IMG/VR virus record: IMGVR_UViG_3300032246_001892
Coordinates: 1 to 64,000 of that record
DNA length: 64,000 bases
Source of the DNA: a virus
Reading direction: 5' to 3' (one strand)
Each line of letters begins with the position of its first letter. The first letter of the stretch is position 1. Position numbers and translations under genes: made by a program. The notes beneath the pieces are model-generated. The model searched no databases. It was not told the DNA's origin and was given only the letters and a program-made list of their open reading frames with translations. Positions 36,353 to 46,602 of the stretch are shown here, in pieces.

Positions 36353-38503
36353 ATGCCTCCTGATGCATTTAAAGAACTTTTAGCTAAATTAGAAGTAGCT
36401 GGTCCCATAAACTCTAAGGACTTTCTCAAAATCCTACTGGGTAACGACACTTCATCTCTTAATTTAAAAGATGAGATTAAAAGAACTGTTTTAACTAAAG
36501 TAAAGGAAATAGTAGGTTCAACCTTTATTATAAAAGATGCTGCTGAAAATTCAGTCGAGCAAATTAAAACAGCTACGGATAATATAAAGAAAGCTGCAAA
36601 ACAGTATGGTGTTGATCTTAAAAGAATTCAAACCAACATTCCTACAGTAGAAGTTAAATTACCTTCCACGCCATCTTCACAAGAAGAACCCAAACTTTAC
36701 AAAACAAAACCAGATGAGATTAATTTAGGTGATGATACTATTCAAAAACTTGCTAAAATTGTAGGTTTATCAAATAAAGAATCAAACTCCTTATTAAAAG
36801 GACTTAAGAAATCTATAGATGATGAGAATGAGCATTTAAGTGGATTGGACAAGTATCTATCGAGTAAATCTGGCGGTTTATTAGAGACTCTCTACAGCTT
36901 CGGTTCTTTGCTTTTTAAAGGTGGATTGGCTTTATTAGCAGGGAGTACATTTGGTCCTATTATAACGAAGACCATTGATAATATTTTTGGTACTAATCTT
37001 ACTGGGCTATTCTCACCATTTAGAGAATCTTTAGCAAAATGGCAAGGATGGATAGATGGATTTGGGAAATGGAGTACATTGCTTGGCTTAAAAATGATGG
37101 GAGCAGCTGCTTCCTTAACATCAAAACTCGCTGGTGGTGTGTTTGGATCCAAAGCAGCTAAGGCAGTTAAAGCCTCTACAACAATTGCAGCTAAGGCTGG
37201 TGGGGGTGTTGTATCACTTGCAGCTAAAGCAGTAGGATCAGCTGTTGCTAAAAAACTTTTACCTGCACCCAAAGCGTCTACTCCTAAAGCACCGGTGACT
37301 AAACCAGCTGTTAGAACTCTTCCTCTGCGTGATGCTAGAGGTCGATTCGTGAAGGCTGCTGCAAAAACTGCTACCAAAGCAGCACCCTCTCTTCCTAAGG
37401 TTATAGGAACTGTAGCCAAAGGAGCTGCTAAATTAGGTGGAAATCTTTTAGGTACTATTGGCAAGAGACTCCTTACTAAGATTCCAGGTATAGGTCTCCT
37501 CATCAGTGCTGGTATAGGTATTAAAAAATTAATAGATGGTGATATAGTGGGTGGTCTTTTAGACATAACATCTGGTATAGTGGGTTTAATACCATTTGCT
37601 GGTATACCTCTTTCCATTGCGATAGATCTTTTAAGTGCCAACATAACAGAAAAAGCAGAAGGTGATCCGAAACGAAAGGGCGCGGCTCTAGGCAATATGT
37701 TTGGTGGACTCATGTCTTGGATTAAAAATAAAATATTTGCTATACCAGGTGTAAAGGCTATAACTGCAATTGGATCTTCTATAATGAAAGGAGATTGGAA
37801 ATCTTTCTTGAGTAATGTTTCCTTTTTAATCCCTTCTTTTGGATTCTTGTCTAATTTATTCAATGATGTTAAAGCAGGTATTACACCCAAAGATAAACCT
37901 TTAACATTTAGTAATTTCTTTTCTAATATAGGAAAAATTCTAATGCAAACCGTTTTGAAGATGTTGCCAGAAAGTATTTTAGGAGTTAGTGTAAGAGCAA
38001 GAGCAGCCAAGCTTTTGGGAGTTGAAGGATTTGGAGAACCTACAGATGGCAAAACACCTCCAACCAAAGAACCTCCTCAAAACCAACAAGAACAAAAACA
38101 TTGGTGGAGCTGGGGTAAAAATAAAGATAAGCCGGCTGTTTCAGTATTGCCTCCAGCAGATGCAGCTGCTATCACAGCACTTTCAGCTTCTATAAATAGT
38201 TATGAGCAGGGTATAAATGCTGATAACGTACCTCAGACTCAACCGGTATTTCAAGATCCTGGTTTGAAATTAACTCAAGATTTACAGGCTCACTTAAGTT
38301 CTATGAAAGAGGTTATGTTTAATATGTCTAGTAATTTTAAAGACTTAAATCAAAATCTATCGTCACAGAGTGGGGGATCTTTAGTAAATATTAGCAATTC
38401 AAGTTCTAATCAGTCATCAGACTCTTATATAAGTGGATCAAGGGATCCTATATTTGATGCTCGTTCTGATTGGTGGAATATTACAAATAGAAGAGGACAA
38501 TAA
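36353..38503 (+). CDS. Tape measure protein
   Basis: Ala/Gly/Lys-rich helical protein with hydrophobic segments and an RDARGRF motif; position in the tail operon. Confidence 0.7.
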   Translation: MPPDAFKELLAKLEVAGPINSKDFLKILLGNDTSSLNLKDEIKRTVLTKVKEIVGSTFIIKDAAENSVEQIKTATDNIKKAAKQYGVDLKRIQTNIPTVEVKLPSTPSSQEEPKLYKTKPDEINLGDDTIQKLAKIVGLSNKESNSLLKGLKKSIDDENEHLSGLDKYLSSKSGGLLETLYSFGSLLFKGGLALLAGSTFGPIITKTIDNIFGTNLTGLFSPFRESLAKWQGWIDGFGKWSTLLGLKMMGAAASLTSKLAGGVFGSKAAKAVKASTTIAAKAGGGVVSLAAKAVGSAVAKKLLPAPKASTPKAPVTKPAVRTLPLRDARGRFVKAAAKTATKAAPSLPKVIGTVAKGAAKLGGNLLGTIGKRLLTKIPGIGLLISAGIGIKKLIDGDIVGGLLDITSGIVGLIPFAGIPLSIAIDLLSANITEKAEGDPKRKGAALGNMFGGLMSWIKNKIFAIPGVKAITAIGSSIMKGDWKSFLSNVSFLIPSFGFLSNLFNDVKAGITPKDKPLTFSNFFSNIGKILMQTVLKMLPESILGVSVRARAAKLLGVEGFGEPTDGKTPPTKEPPQNQQEQKHWWSWGKNKDKPAVSVLPPADAAAITALSASINSYEQGINADNVPQTQPVFQDPGLKLTQDLQAHLSSMKEVMFNMSSNFKDLNQNLSSQSGGSLVNISNSSSNQSSDSYISGSRDPIFDARSDWWNITNRRGQ

Positions 38504-38505
38504 TA

Positions 38506-39495
38506 ATGGCTAAATTTAATTATTTTTATATCGACGAAGAAAGTACAGAAGTTAATAATCTGACTATAAAATACCCTATAGCAAGACCTACAGGTAGTGG
38601 TACTGTGGATGTACATGGTACATTAAGATGGAAAAATTCTGGAAGTGTTGATGAAGTTCCTCGTTTGGTGTTGACAGAATATTCATTAGATTATGGTGCT
38701 TGGACTTCTAATCTAGCTCGTTTATTAACTGGAGCAGCTCAATTGCAGCAAGGTCAATTAGATCCTTATCAAGCATTGTACACTGGGAATAAAACCGGTT
38801 TTTATTATTCATTACCATATCTAATAAGACCTGGAAGTTCGATAAGAGGTAATATATCCAATACTTGGTCGGATTCAACTCAGGGTATAACCGATATGGC
38901 TAAAGGCATTTTAGGTGGGGGTTCGTCTAAAAAGGCATTTGATATGCTTACTGGAGCCGGTGATGTTCTTGGTAATGTATTAACACCTGGATATGGGACA
39001 GAACCTGTGAAGTCTTTTGCTACTACTAGTGAAAATACAATAACAGTTTCGTTTCCTCTTTACAACACTGGATCCATTGAAGATGCTAATAATAATTTCA
39101 GCTTCGTAAGTTTATTAGCATTTCAAAATTTAAAAACCAGAACAACATTCTTATCGTATCTTCCTCCTAAAATATATACTGTCGATGGTTTATCTGATGG
39201 AAGTGTTTATATGCCAGCTGCTATTATCAAAGAACTAAATATAGAATCTATCGGAACAACAAGATCAATAACAGATTTAGGAGGCAATAGCAGTTCTGAT
39301 GGTAGAACATTAATACCTGAAGCTTATAAAGTTACTATAGTATTTCAAGAATTATTACCTCAAAGTTCTAATATTATGTGGGGAGCTTTAGGCGGACAAA
39401 AGGTTAAAGTTATAGTACCTGGAATAAATCCCTATGCTGGATCGTCTGGATCAACAGCAAATGCTAATAATATAAATATATTGACAACTGCATAA
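38506..39495 (+). CDS. Baseplate tail-tube cap protein (gp48-like)
   Basis: Follows the TMP; FPLYNT..PP.IY.V..IPEAYKVTIVFQE. Confidence 0.5.
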   Translation: MAKFNYFYIDEESTEVNNLTIKYPIARPTGSGTVDVHGTLRWKNSGSVDEVPRLVLTEYSLDYGAWTSNLARLLTGAAQLQQGQLDPYQALYTGNKTGFYYSLPYLIRPGSSIRGNISNTWSDSTQGITDMAKGILGGGSSKKAFDMLTGAGDVLGNVLTPGYGTEPVKSFATTSENTITVSFPLYNTGSIEDANNNFSFVSLLAFQNLKTRTTFLSYLPPKIYTVDGLSDGSVYMPAAIIKELNIESIGTTRSITDLGGNSSSDGRTLIPEAYKVTIVFQELLPQSSNIMWGALGGQKVKVIVPGINPYAGSSGSTANANNINILTTA

Positions 39496-39496
39496 T

Positions 39497-39856
39497 ATGA
39501 ATAGAAAAGACATATCAACTTTACCAAAATTATCCTTATACAGTTTTGAGAATTTTTTAAACGTATATACTGATGCAGATACAAATTACAATTTTTATAA
39601 TTTGCAAAGAGCTATTAACGTAGTCCCTACAAACAATGAATCAGTAGAAGATGAATATGTTGTTACCTACTCAGATACCTGGGTTTCTATTTCTTATAAA
39701 CAATACAATACTTTAGATTTATGGTGGTTGATATGTAACTATAATCAAATAGAAAATCCAACCAAAATGCCTACACCCGGAACAGTTTTAAAATTATTAA
39801 AATCTAAATATGTAGGGACCATATTATCGGAATTACAAAAACAGATTAGTCGATAA
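39497..39856 (+). CDS. Baseplate wedge protein (gp53/LysM-like)
   Basis: DTWVSISYKQY..LWWLIC.YN.IENP..PGTVLK. Confidence 0.8.
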   Translation: MNRKDISTLPKLSLYSFENFLNVYTDADTNYNFYNLQRAINVVPTNNESVEDEYVVTYSDTWVSISYKQYNTLDLWWLICNYNQIENPTKMPTPGTVLKLLKSKYVGTILSELQKQISR

Positions 39857-40256
39857 ATTTTTGGACGTCAAAAAAGAATCTCACCATCATATGAGTTTCT
39901 GATATTTCTTTAATACTATAACAATAGATATCGTTGTCTATTTTAAAGTAAAAAGAATCTTGTATAATATCATTAAACATTTCATGCTCAAAATCTATTT
40001 CAGGATGATCATCTAGATATTCTTCTACTTCCTTATCAAAAATTTGCTCACTTCTACTTTCAAGCTTATCAATAGATTTTTTGAGCTTTAACCAAGTCCC
40101 TTCTTTGTCATTGTAATCCAGAAGGATTATGGGGTATCTACTTTTGTAGTTAAAAACCTTACTGTTTTTAGATAAAAACAAGTAATCTTGGGGTATTTCT
40201 TCTAAAACCATGAGATAATCAGCAAGGTCATCCCTTTTCTTTTTTGATTTCACCAC
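39846..40256 (-). CDS. Hypothetical protein
   Basis: 136-aa ORF divergent from the terminase gene. Confidence 0.6.
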   Translation of the reverse strand: MVKSKKKRDDLADYLMVLEEIPQDYLFLSKNSKVFNYKSRYPIILLDYNDKEGTWLKLKKSIDKLESRSEQIFDKEVEEYLDDHPEIDFEHEMFNDIIQDSFYFKIDNDIYCYSIKEISETHMMVRFFFDVQKFID

Positions 40257-40272
40257 TAAATATTTATTAATA

Positions 40273-42156
40273 ATGCCAAAATTACCTAGAGACGATGATG
40301 ATTATGAGACAGATCTTGATTCTGTTCCCTTGGATGAGATAGAAAATGGTGACATTTTAGTAGATGGCAAATATTTTCAAGGCAATGAAAATATATTAAG
40401 ACAGAACGCCACATTTAAATGGTCTGATGATATGATAGCAGAGCTTAAACTCTGTGCTAAAAGTATTTTGCATTTTGCGGAACATCATTTTTATATTACT
40501 ACATTGGATGAAGGTAAGAAGAAAATAGAACTTTATAAATATCAAAAAAAATTGTTAAAGGCTTTTAAGTCTAATAGATTTAATATAGTATTATCAAGTA
40601 GACAGTCAGGTAAAACAACTACTATTACTATATATGCTCTTTGGTTAGTCTGTTTCCAAGCGGATAAAAGAGTTACCATTATAGCAAATAAAGAATCTAC
40701 AGCCAAAGAAGTATTTGCTAGAATACGAATGGCATATGAACAATTACCGGTTTATCTCAAACCTAGTATGAAGTCTTGGCGTAAGGATGGATTTTTATTA
40801 GCAAATGACTCGGCTATCACCATCAGTACTACTTCTGCTGCAGGTCCTCGTGGTTCTTCCAGTAATCTTTTAATTATAGATGAGATGGCACATTGTCCTA
40901 CGGAATTGATGAAGGAATTATGGAAATCAGCTATTCCCATTATTTCATCTTCTAAGAAATCTCAGATAGTGGCAATTAGTACTCCTAATGGAACTGATAA
41001 CAAATTCTATGATCTTTATGAAGAAGCTTTAAAGAAAAATAGTGAGTGGAATTTAGAGAGAGTTGATTGGAATGATGTGCCTGGGAGAGACGAGGCTTGG
41101 AGATTACAAACAATAGCTTCTTTAGGTTCAGTAGAAGATTTCGAACAAGAATTTGGTAATGCATTTATACTGCCTGGTAAAAGCGTTGTAGATCTTTCAT
41201 ATCTAGATGCACTGAAAGCACAATCAAAAGATCCTATATTGGTTAATGATAATGGTTTTTATAAAATATATGAATTACCAAAGCCTGGTGATTTATATAT
41301 CATAGGAGTTGACGTAGGTGAGGGTATAGGAAGGTCTAATACCGTGGCTCAAATTTTAAATGTAACTAATTTACAAAATATAAAACAAGCGGCGGTTTAT
41401 GCAACTAACTCTATGTCACCGTTTCATTTCGGGACAAAATTGATGAGTGTATTGACTGACTGGGGTAGACCTCCTATTTTAATTGAGAATAATAATAATG
41501 GTCAACAGGTATTGGATGTATTATGCCAAACTCACCAATATGAAAATGTTGTATCTTATCAATTTGAAGGTAACAGTAAACATTATAACACTGAAAAGAG
41601 ATTAGGTATTCACAATCATACTAATACTAGATACAAAGGCATTGCTAATTTTAGATACTGGATTAATGGATTAAAAGTAGTAGGTTTGAGTGATATAGAT
41701 ACCATATTAGAACTTTATAATTTCGTTAGACTTCCTAATTTTACATATAGTAAAAGAAGTGATAAAGATTTAGATGATAGAATTTTTGGTTTGATTTGGG
41801 CTCTTTTTATATTAGATCCTTCTTTAGTAACAAGATATTTTGTCGTGTCTGAATTAGATGATCAGGGAAGACCTCTTAAAATACAGGCATTGTATGACAA
41901 TTCTGATATCATTTCTAAAAGTCCTCTTCTTATAGGTGGCGAATATAGTTTAGATAAAAATAAGAGATCTTCTGCTTTACCTAGTTTAATGCCTACTAAA
42001 GAATATAATGGCAATGCAGCTTTTGCAGATGAAGCTAATGATTTATGGAGATGGCTTCATACTCAAGCTTATACTGAAAAGGATAAATTCCGAAAAAACC
42101 CAGATGAAGAAGATAAGTCTTCTATAGAGGAATACAGACCCATAACACTTTTTTAA
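40273..42156 (+). CDS. Terminase large subunit (T4 gp17-like)
   Basis: SSRQSGKTT, IIDEMAH, STPNG, FEQEF, IGVDVGEG, IENN. Confidence 0.96.
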   Translation: MPKLPRDDDDYETDLDSVPLDEIENGDILVDGKYFQGNENILRQNATFKWSDDMIAELKLCAKSILHFAEHHFYITTLDEGKKKIELYKYQKKLLKAFKSNRFNIVLSSRQSGKTTTITIYALWLVCFQADKRVTIIANKESTAKEVFARIRMAYEQLPVYLKPSMKSWRKDGFLLANDSAITISTTSAAGPRGSSSNLLIIDEMAHCPTELMKELWKSAIPIISSSKKSQIVAISTPNGTDNKFYDLYEEALKKNSEWNLERVDWNDVPGRDEAWRLQTIASLGSVEDFEQEFGNAFILPGKSVVDLSYLDALKAQSKDPILVNDNGFYKIYELPKPGDLYIIGVDVGEGIGRSNTVAQILNVTNLQNIKQAAVYATNSMSPFHFGTKLMSVLTDWGRPPILIENNNNGQQVLDVLCQTHQYENVVSYQFEGNSKHYNTEKRLGIHNHTNTRYKGIANFRYWINGLKVVGLSDIDTILELYNFVRLPNFTYSKRSDKDLDDRIFGLIWALFILDPSLVTRYFVVSELDDQGRPLKIQALYDNSDIISKSPLLIGGEYSLDKNKRSSALPSLMPTKEYNGNAAFADEANDLWRWLHTQAYTEKDKFRKNPDEEDKSSIEEYRPITLF

Positions 42157-42159
42157 TAT

Positions 42160-42759
42160 ATGAACCAGACCGTTTTAAACAGAGCACGCAGTGATAAATT
42201 TCTTTTGGTATTAGATTTGCCTGAAGCTTTAAAGAATTCACAAGATGCTGTGATGCAATCTAACTATAAACCAAAGCAAATACAATTTACAGTATTTGGA
42301 TCTCCTGTGCCAGAAATTTCTGTACCAGAGATTTCGGTTGCTTATGGTGGCCAATCAATGAAAGTTTCAAGTATGTCTCGTCCTTCATATCCGCCTTTAG
42401 AAGTTAAATTCTTAGTAGATAATGGATATCAAAATTATTGGACTCTCTGGAAATGGTTAGATCTGTTTAACAATTCTAAGACCAGCTCGTCTGATTTAAA
42501 TGCTAATGTTAATATGCATGGAGAAGATATCAGATTAACAAATTCATTAGAAAAATATATATCCAACTTTTCTCTTTTTGCTTTAGATGAATATGATAAA
42601 CAAATCATATCATTTAAATATAGTGATGTGTTCATTACTAAATTAAGTCCTATAAATTATTCATACCAAGATCCTTCTGAAATTACCTGCAATGCAACTT
42701 TTGTTTATAATCAATTGCAGGTAGATCTTTTAAGAGATGTAAACGTATCTTCTTGTTAA
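42160..42759 (+). CDS. Tail completion protein (T4 gp3-like)
   Basis: Y.PLEVKFLVD..YQNY..LWKWL..F.Y. Confidence 0.7.
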   Translation: MNQTVLNRARSDKFLLVLDLPEALKNSQDAVMQSNYKPKQIQFTVFGSPVPEISVPEISVAYGGQSMKVSSMSRPSYPPLEVKFLVDNGYQNYWTLWKWLDLFNNSKTSSSDLNANVNMHGEDIRLTNSLEKYISNFSLFALDEYDKQIISFKYSDVFITKLSPINYSYQDPSEITCNATFVYNQLQVDLLRDVNVSSC

Positions 42760-42760
42760 T

Positions 42761-44374
42761 ATGTCTGAAGATTTAAAATATATACATCAGATAAGAGACC
42801 AATATTACCATATAGAAATATGGTTATATAATCAAATAGAAGGCCAAGAGCCCTTTTTAGTTCCTTTCTTTTTTGTTAATTCATTAGCTATAGAAGAGAC
42901 TTTAATGAATTGGCCTACTAAAGGATGGATAGTTTTAAAAAATGATTATGAGATGTTTGAAAGAGGTGCTTTAGCTACTATTAAAAATAAAGAAGCTGAT
43001 AGGCCTAAAGTGGATGCTCCTTATATTTTCAGATCAGATGGACGTAATAGAATTAGTATAAAGATATATCCAGTAAATAAAAAACCATTAAAAGACAATG
43101 CTCGGGAGATAGCAGGTGATTTACCACCTGATCTTTGGGAAATGAATTATGACTTTGTGGTTTATGATATAGAAGATCTCCCTACAGAAGACCCTCAACG
43201 TAAATTGAGGAAATTATATTTTCAAGATGAACGTCTGCAGATCATGAGTGAAAGAAATTTAGAATGGTCTACTTCTTTATATGGTCCTAATAATGGCAAC
43301 TCCTCAACAAAAGATATACAGAGGACTATGCCAGCTAATTTGGCACTGAAGTCTATAATAAGTGCAGCAGCATCAAAAGATTCAAATCCTAATAATGCAG
43401 ACATGAAAGTGGGGTATGATAGTTCAGGTTCTATAAAGGATCCAAATATTAAATTTGATAATTTTGGAGAATGGGATGAGGGCCCATCGTCTATTATGAC
43501 TAATGATTTAGGTACTAATATTTTATATACATCCCCAGCCAATTCTAACGCCTTACAGGATTTAAATTATGTTTATAATAATGCAGTAGGCAAAGACGGG
43601 TCACCTGTAATATTAGATTTTGGAAGATGGACGGAGGATAAGAAATGGCATTTAAGACCTTTATCTAGTTATTTTAAAAATGCAGAGGACAATCAAATAG
43701 AAAGACTTTTATTAGAAGATGGATTAGATGCTACTACTTCACCTCCATATATAGCTAGAGCTCCAGACGGTAATGGTTCAGATACAAAAAATTTCATATC
43801 GGGTATAGCATCAAGAATTAAAAAATATAAATTTGCACCAATGGTTTCATCTGATGATGCTCGTATAACTAATAGACCTGTATATAACTACGATTTTAGT
43901 AAAGGTCAATTTAATTCGTATTTTAAAGGAAATAGAGCTGAAGATGTTTCTACTAAATTACAAGATTTGGCTAAGGAAGGTTTATATGCGTATAACCAAA
44001 AAGACAGTCAACAGATTTTATTAAACATTAATAAAACCAAATCAACTGGTTTGATGACTACTAATTATTTTACTCCCCAGACATTCTTTCCCAAAAATAA
44101 AACATCTCTTAGTATGATTAAAGATGCTTTATTTTTAAATGAAGCATTATATTTTCAGGCTCCGGGTTTGACTTTTAGAACACCAGGTAAATTTATTTTC
44201 GTAGATAGAACTACATCTAGTGATCGCAACCCCTTTGACGATAGGTTCTTAGGCCAGTGGCTCATGACTAGAGTTGTGCATTTATTCACACAGGATAAAT
44301 ATCTCTGTGATGTAGTTGCAGTTAAGGTAGATTCCTTTTCAAAGCTATGGGATCACATGGATACAAAATATTAA
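42761..44374 (+). CDS. Baseplate hub protein (gp27-like)
   Basis: C-terminal PG...RTPGKFI..GQWLMTRVVHLF..Y pattern. Confidence 0.6.
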   Translation: MSEDLKYIHQIRDQYYHIEIWLYNQIEGQEPFLVPFFFVNSLAIEETLMNWPTKGWIVLKNDYEMFERGALATIKNKEADRPKVDAPYIFRSDGRNRISIKIYPVNKKPLKDNAREIAGDLPPDLWEMNYDFVVYDIEDLPTEDPQRKLRKLYFQDERLQIMSERNLEWSTSLYGPNNGNSSTKDIQRTMPANLALKSIISAAASKDSNPNNADMKVGYDSSGSIKDPNIKFDNFGEWDEGPSSIMTNDLGTNILYTSPANSNALQDLNYVYNNAVGKDGSPVILDFGRWTEDKKWHLRPLSSYFKNAEDNQIERLLLEDGLDATTSPPYIARAPDGNGSDTKNFISGIASRIKKYKFAPMVSSDDARITNRPVYNYDFSKGQFNSYFKGNRAEDVSTKLQDLAKEGLYAYNQKDSQQILLNINKTKSTGLMTTNYFTPQTFFPKNKTSLSMIKDALFLNEALYFQAPGLTFRTPGKFIFVDRTTSSDRNPFDDRFLGQWLMTRVVHLFTQDKYLCDVVAVKVDSFSKLWDHMDTKY

Positions 44375-44375
44375 A

Positions 44376-44693
44376 ATGAATAGAGATCAATTAAAAAATA
44401 GATTACAACAGACTCGTATTAATCAATTAGCTTCTTCAAATAAACAGCCTAATCAATTTCCATCCAAAATACAAATGGCAAAGAATATAGGTCAGAGTAT
44501 TGTGAGAAACGTGACTAGTGTAGCAGCCGGAAACGGTCTCAAGATATCTGAAGAAGATGCTCAGTCTAGATTAGCCATCTGCCGCGGTTGTGATTTCTTT
44601 AATAAAGACCAAGAGAGATGTACCAAATGTGGGTGTTATATGGCTACTAAAACATATCTCAAGGCTGAAAAATGTCCTATTGGAAAGTGGTAG
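44376..44693 (+). CDS. Cys-rich small protein (DUF6171-like)
   Basis: RLAICRGC..CTKCGC..K..CPIGKW. Confidence 0.7.
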   Translation: MNRDQLKNRLQQTRINQLASSNKQPNQFPSKIQMAKNIGQSIVRNVTSVAAGNGLKISEEDAQSRLAICRGCDFFNKDQERCTKCGCYMATKTYLKAEKCPIGKW

Positions 44694-45270
44694 AGAAATA
44701 TTTGTCTATTACTTCTATTGCCTTTTCTCTTATTAATTTTTCATAATTAATATTATCTTTAGTATAGACTACAACATCAGCCTCTCTTTTTATTATCTCA
44801 TTATTAATTCTTTCGAATTCATTAGCAGGATTAAGTCCTTCTCTTTCTATATAAACTAATAATCCTTTCATTTCATTTTTTAACCAAAAAATTTCGTCTT
44901 TTGGATATTCTGTGTATCTCATATCTGTTATAATAGATATGTTATTGTTCCTGAATTCTTTATTACCTTGTAGATGCTCTATAAAATAGCGTCCTTCTGT
45001 AGTGTTTCTCATTAATCTCCCGTACTCAACCATGATAGGTCTAAGCAAGGTTTTTTCATTATCATCTTGTGTATATAATGATATATTAGTCTTGGATTGT
45101 ATCAGGTCGTTTAAATCTTTACGTATATAATCACCTGCTATAGAAAATCTTTTAGCTGGTATGTGGTATTCTGTTTTAAAAACTTCTATTAAAGCCTTTC
45201 CTAAGGAATCTTTACCAGCTCTTGCATGCCCTGCTAAACCTATAGGAGGGTAAAATATGCTGTTAACCAT
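44677..45270 (-). CDS. Deoxynucleoside monophosphate kinase-like protein
   Basis: IGLAGHARAGKDS..R..YG..IITDMRY..E. Confidence 0.75.
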   Translation of the reverse strand: MVNSIFYPPIGLAGHARAGKDSLGKALIEVFKTEYHIPAKRFSIAGDYIRKDLNDLIQSKTNISLYTQDDNEKTLLRPIMVEYGRLMRNTTEGRYFIEHLQGNKEFRNNNISIITDMRYTEYPKDEIFWLKNEMKGLLVYIEREGLNPANEFERINNEIIKREADVVVYTKDNINYEKLIREKAIEVIDKYFSTTFQ

Positions 45271-45291
45271 AAGTTATTATATTAGATTAAT

Positions 45292-46599
45292 ATGTCACAA
45301 AATCCAGAACTTATTATAAAGAATTTAGAATTAGCTGCTAATTTGAGTGCTAAAACTAAGCCTTCAAACAGCGCAATCAAAGCTTTGGCTTCTGATAGCA
45401 ATGAATATGCTGGTTTTTTAGCTATCTTCGCATATGGTCAAGATGCTATGTATCGTACATATAATTTAGTGCCTGGAAGAGCCTCCTATAAAATTACTCC
45501 AGAAGGTTATGGTAATTTAATGAGTAGGCTAGGGACCCTCAAATTGTTAGATCAATTAAAAACTCAGACACCTGCCGGGAAAAAGGGTGATTTGGTAATT
45601 CCAAATTATTTGGGTATTTCCAGTCGTATGGCACCACAAATGAATTTGAACCCAATGACCGGACCGGGAGTCAATACTCCTTGTCTAGGTGCAGATTTAT
45701 TAAACAGTATCCATCCTGGAATGGTAGACGCAATAGAAAATACTTGTAATATAATTCGTACTAGATCCTATCTTTCATTACCTCCAGGAGCATTTGGTGG
45801 TCTACAATCTGTACTTTATCAAATACAAGGTGCGGTCAATTCTTTTATGCAAGCCCTTTATGATTTATATCAAGGAGTGATGTTAGTAATGCAACAATTT
45901 GCTCAAGTTATAAACGGTATTATGGCATCTATAAACCAATATGTTTACAATTTAATATCGAGCATCATACCTTTGGATTTGATTTGTGCTATACTCGGTG
46001 CTGCTCAGAGTTTATTAGATGATATAGCATTTTTTGCTTCTCTCTTTAATGGGTCGGATAGTCTTTTTAATACTATTAATTCTATACAGACAGTTATAAA
46101 CTATGCTTCTATAGGTTTAAATTATGCTTATAATCCCATCAGTCTTTTAACTTTGATTCCGGGAGTGGGTGATGTGATAAATTCACTCTCAGATTTAACA
46201 GCAAATCCAGAAGCATTTTTAGGACAATTAATTTCTAATTTTGGATTTTCAGCCGGTGCTAATAATTCTGCATTACAAACAGCCAATGCAATTCTCTTAC
46301 ATTATGGGTTGATGGGTCAATTAGGTCCTTTAGGTGGCATAATGTTACAGGCAGGAGTTGCTGGTAATAATAGTCAATGGTATAGAACTTCAAATCCTGG
46401 CACTGGTGATTTTGGTATGGGGAGTGGAATAGTTCCTCCTAATCCAATGTATTTAAATCCTGATAATCCTCTAGCAGCACTGGATGTGAATTCTAATCCT
46501 TATTTCAAAGCTTTCAAAACTGATATTGGGGATTTTACGGCTGATGTAAGTAATTTAGCAAACCTTGCTAAAGATAGTGTAACTGATTTAGTTAAATAA
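45292..46599 (+). CDS. Hypothetical structural-region protein
   Basis: 435-aa helical ORF upstream of the gp5-like genes. Confidence 0.7.
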   Translation: MSQNPELIIKNLELAANLSAKTKPSNSAIKALASDSNEYAGFLAIFAYGQDAMYRTYNLVPGRASYKITPEGYGNLMSRLGTLKLLDQLKTQTPAGKKGDLVIPNYLGISSRMAPQMNLNPMTGPGVNTPCLGADLLNSIHPGMVDAIENTCNIIRTRSYLSLPPGAFGGLQSVLYQIQGAVNSFMQALYDLYQGVMLVMQQFAQVINGIMASINQYVYNLISSIIPLDLICAILGAAQSLLDDIAFFASLFNGSDSLFNTINSIQTVINYASIGLNYAYNPISLLTLIPGVGDVINSLSDLTANPEAFLGQLISNFGFSAGANNSALQTANAILLHYGLMGQLGPLGGIMLQAGVAGNNSQWYRTSNPGTGDFGMGSGIVPPNPMYLNPDNPLAALDVNSNPYFKAFKTDIGDFTADVSNLANLAKDSVTDLVK

Positions 46600-46602
46600 A
46601 AT

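Noticed and set aside
36892-38067. 391-aa antisense ORF in the tape measure gene
   Set aside because: Expected stop-poor mirror frame of an Ala/Gly/Lys-rich gene; no motif or start signal
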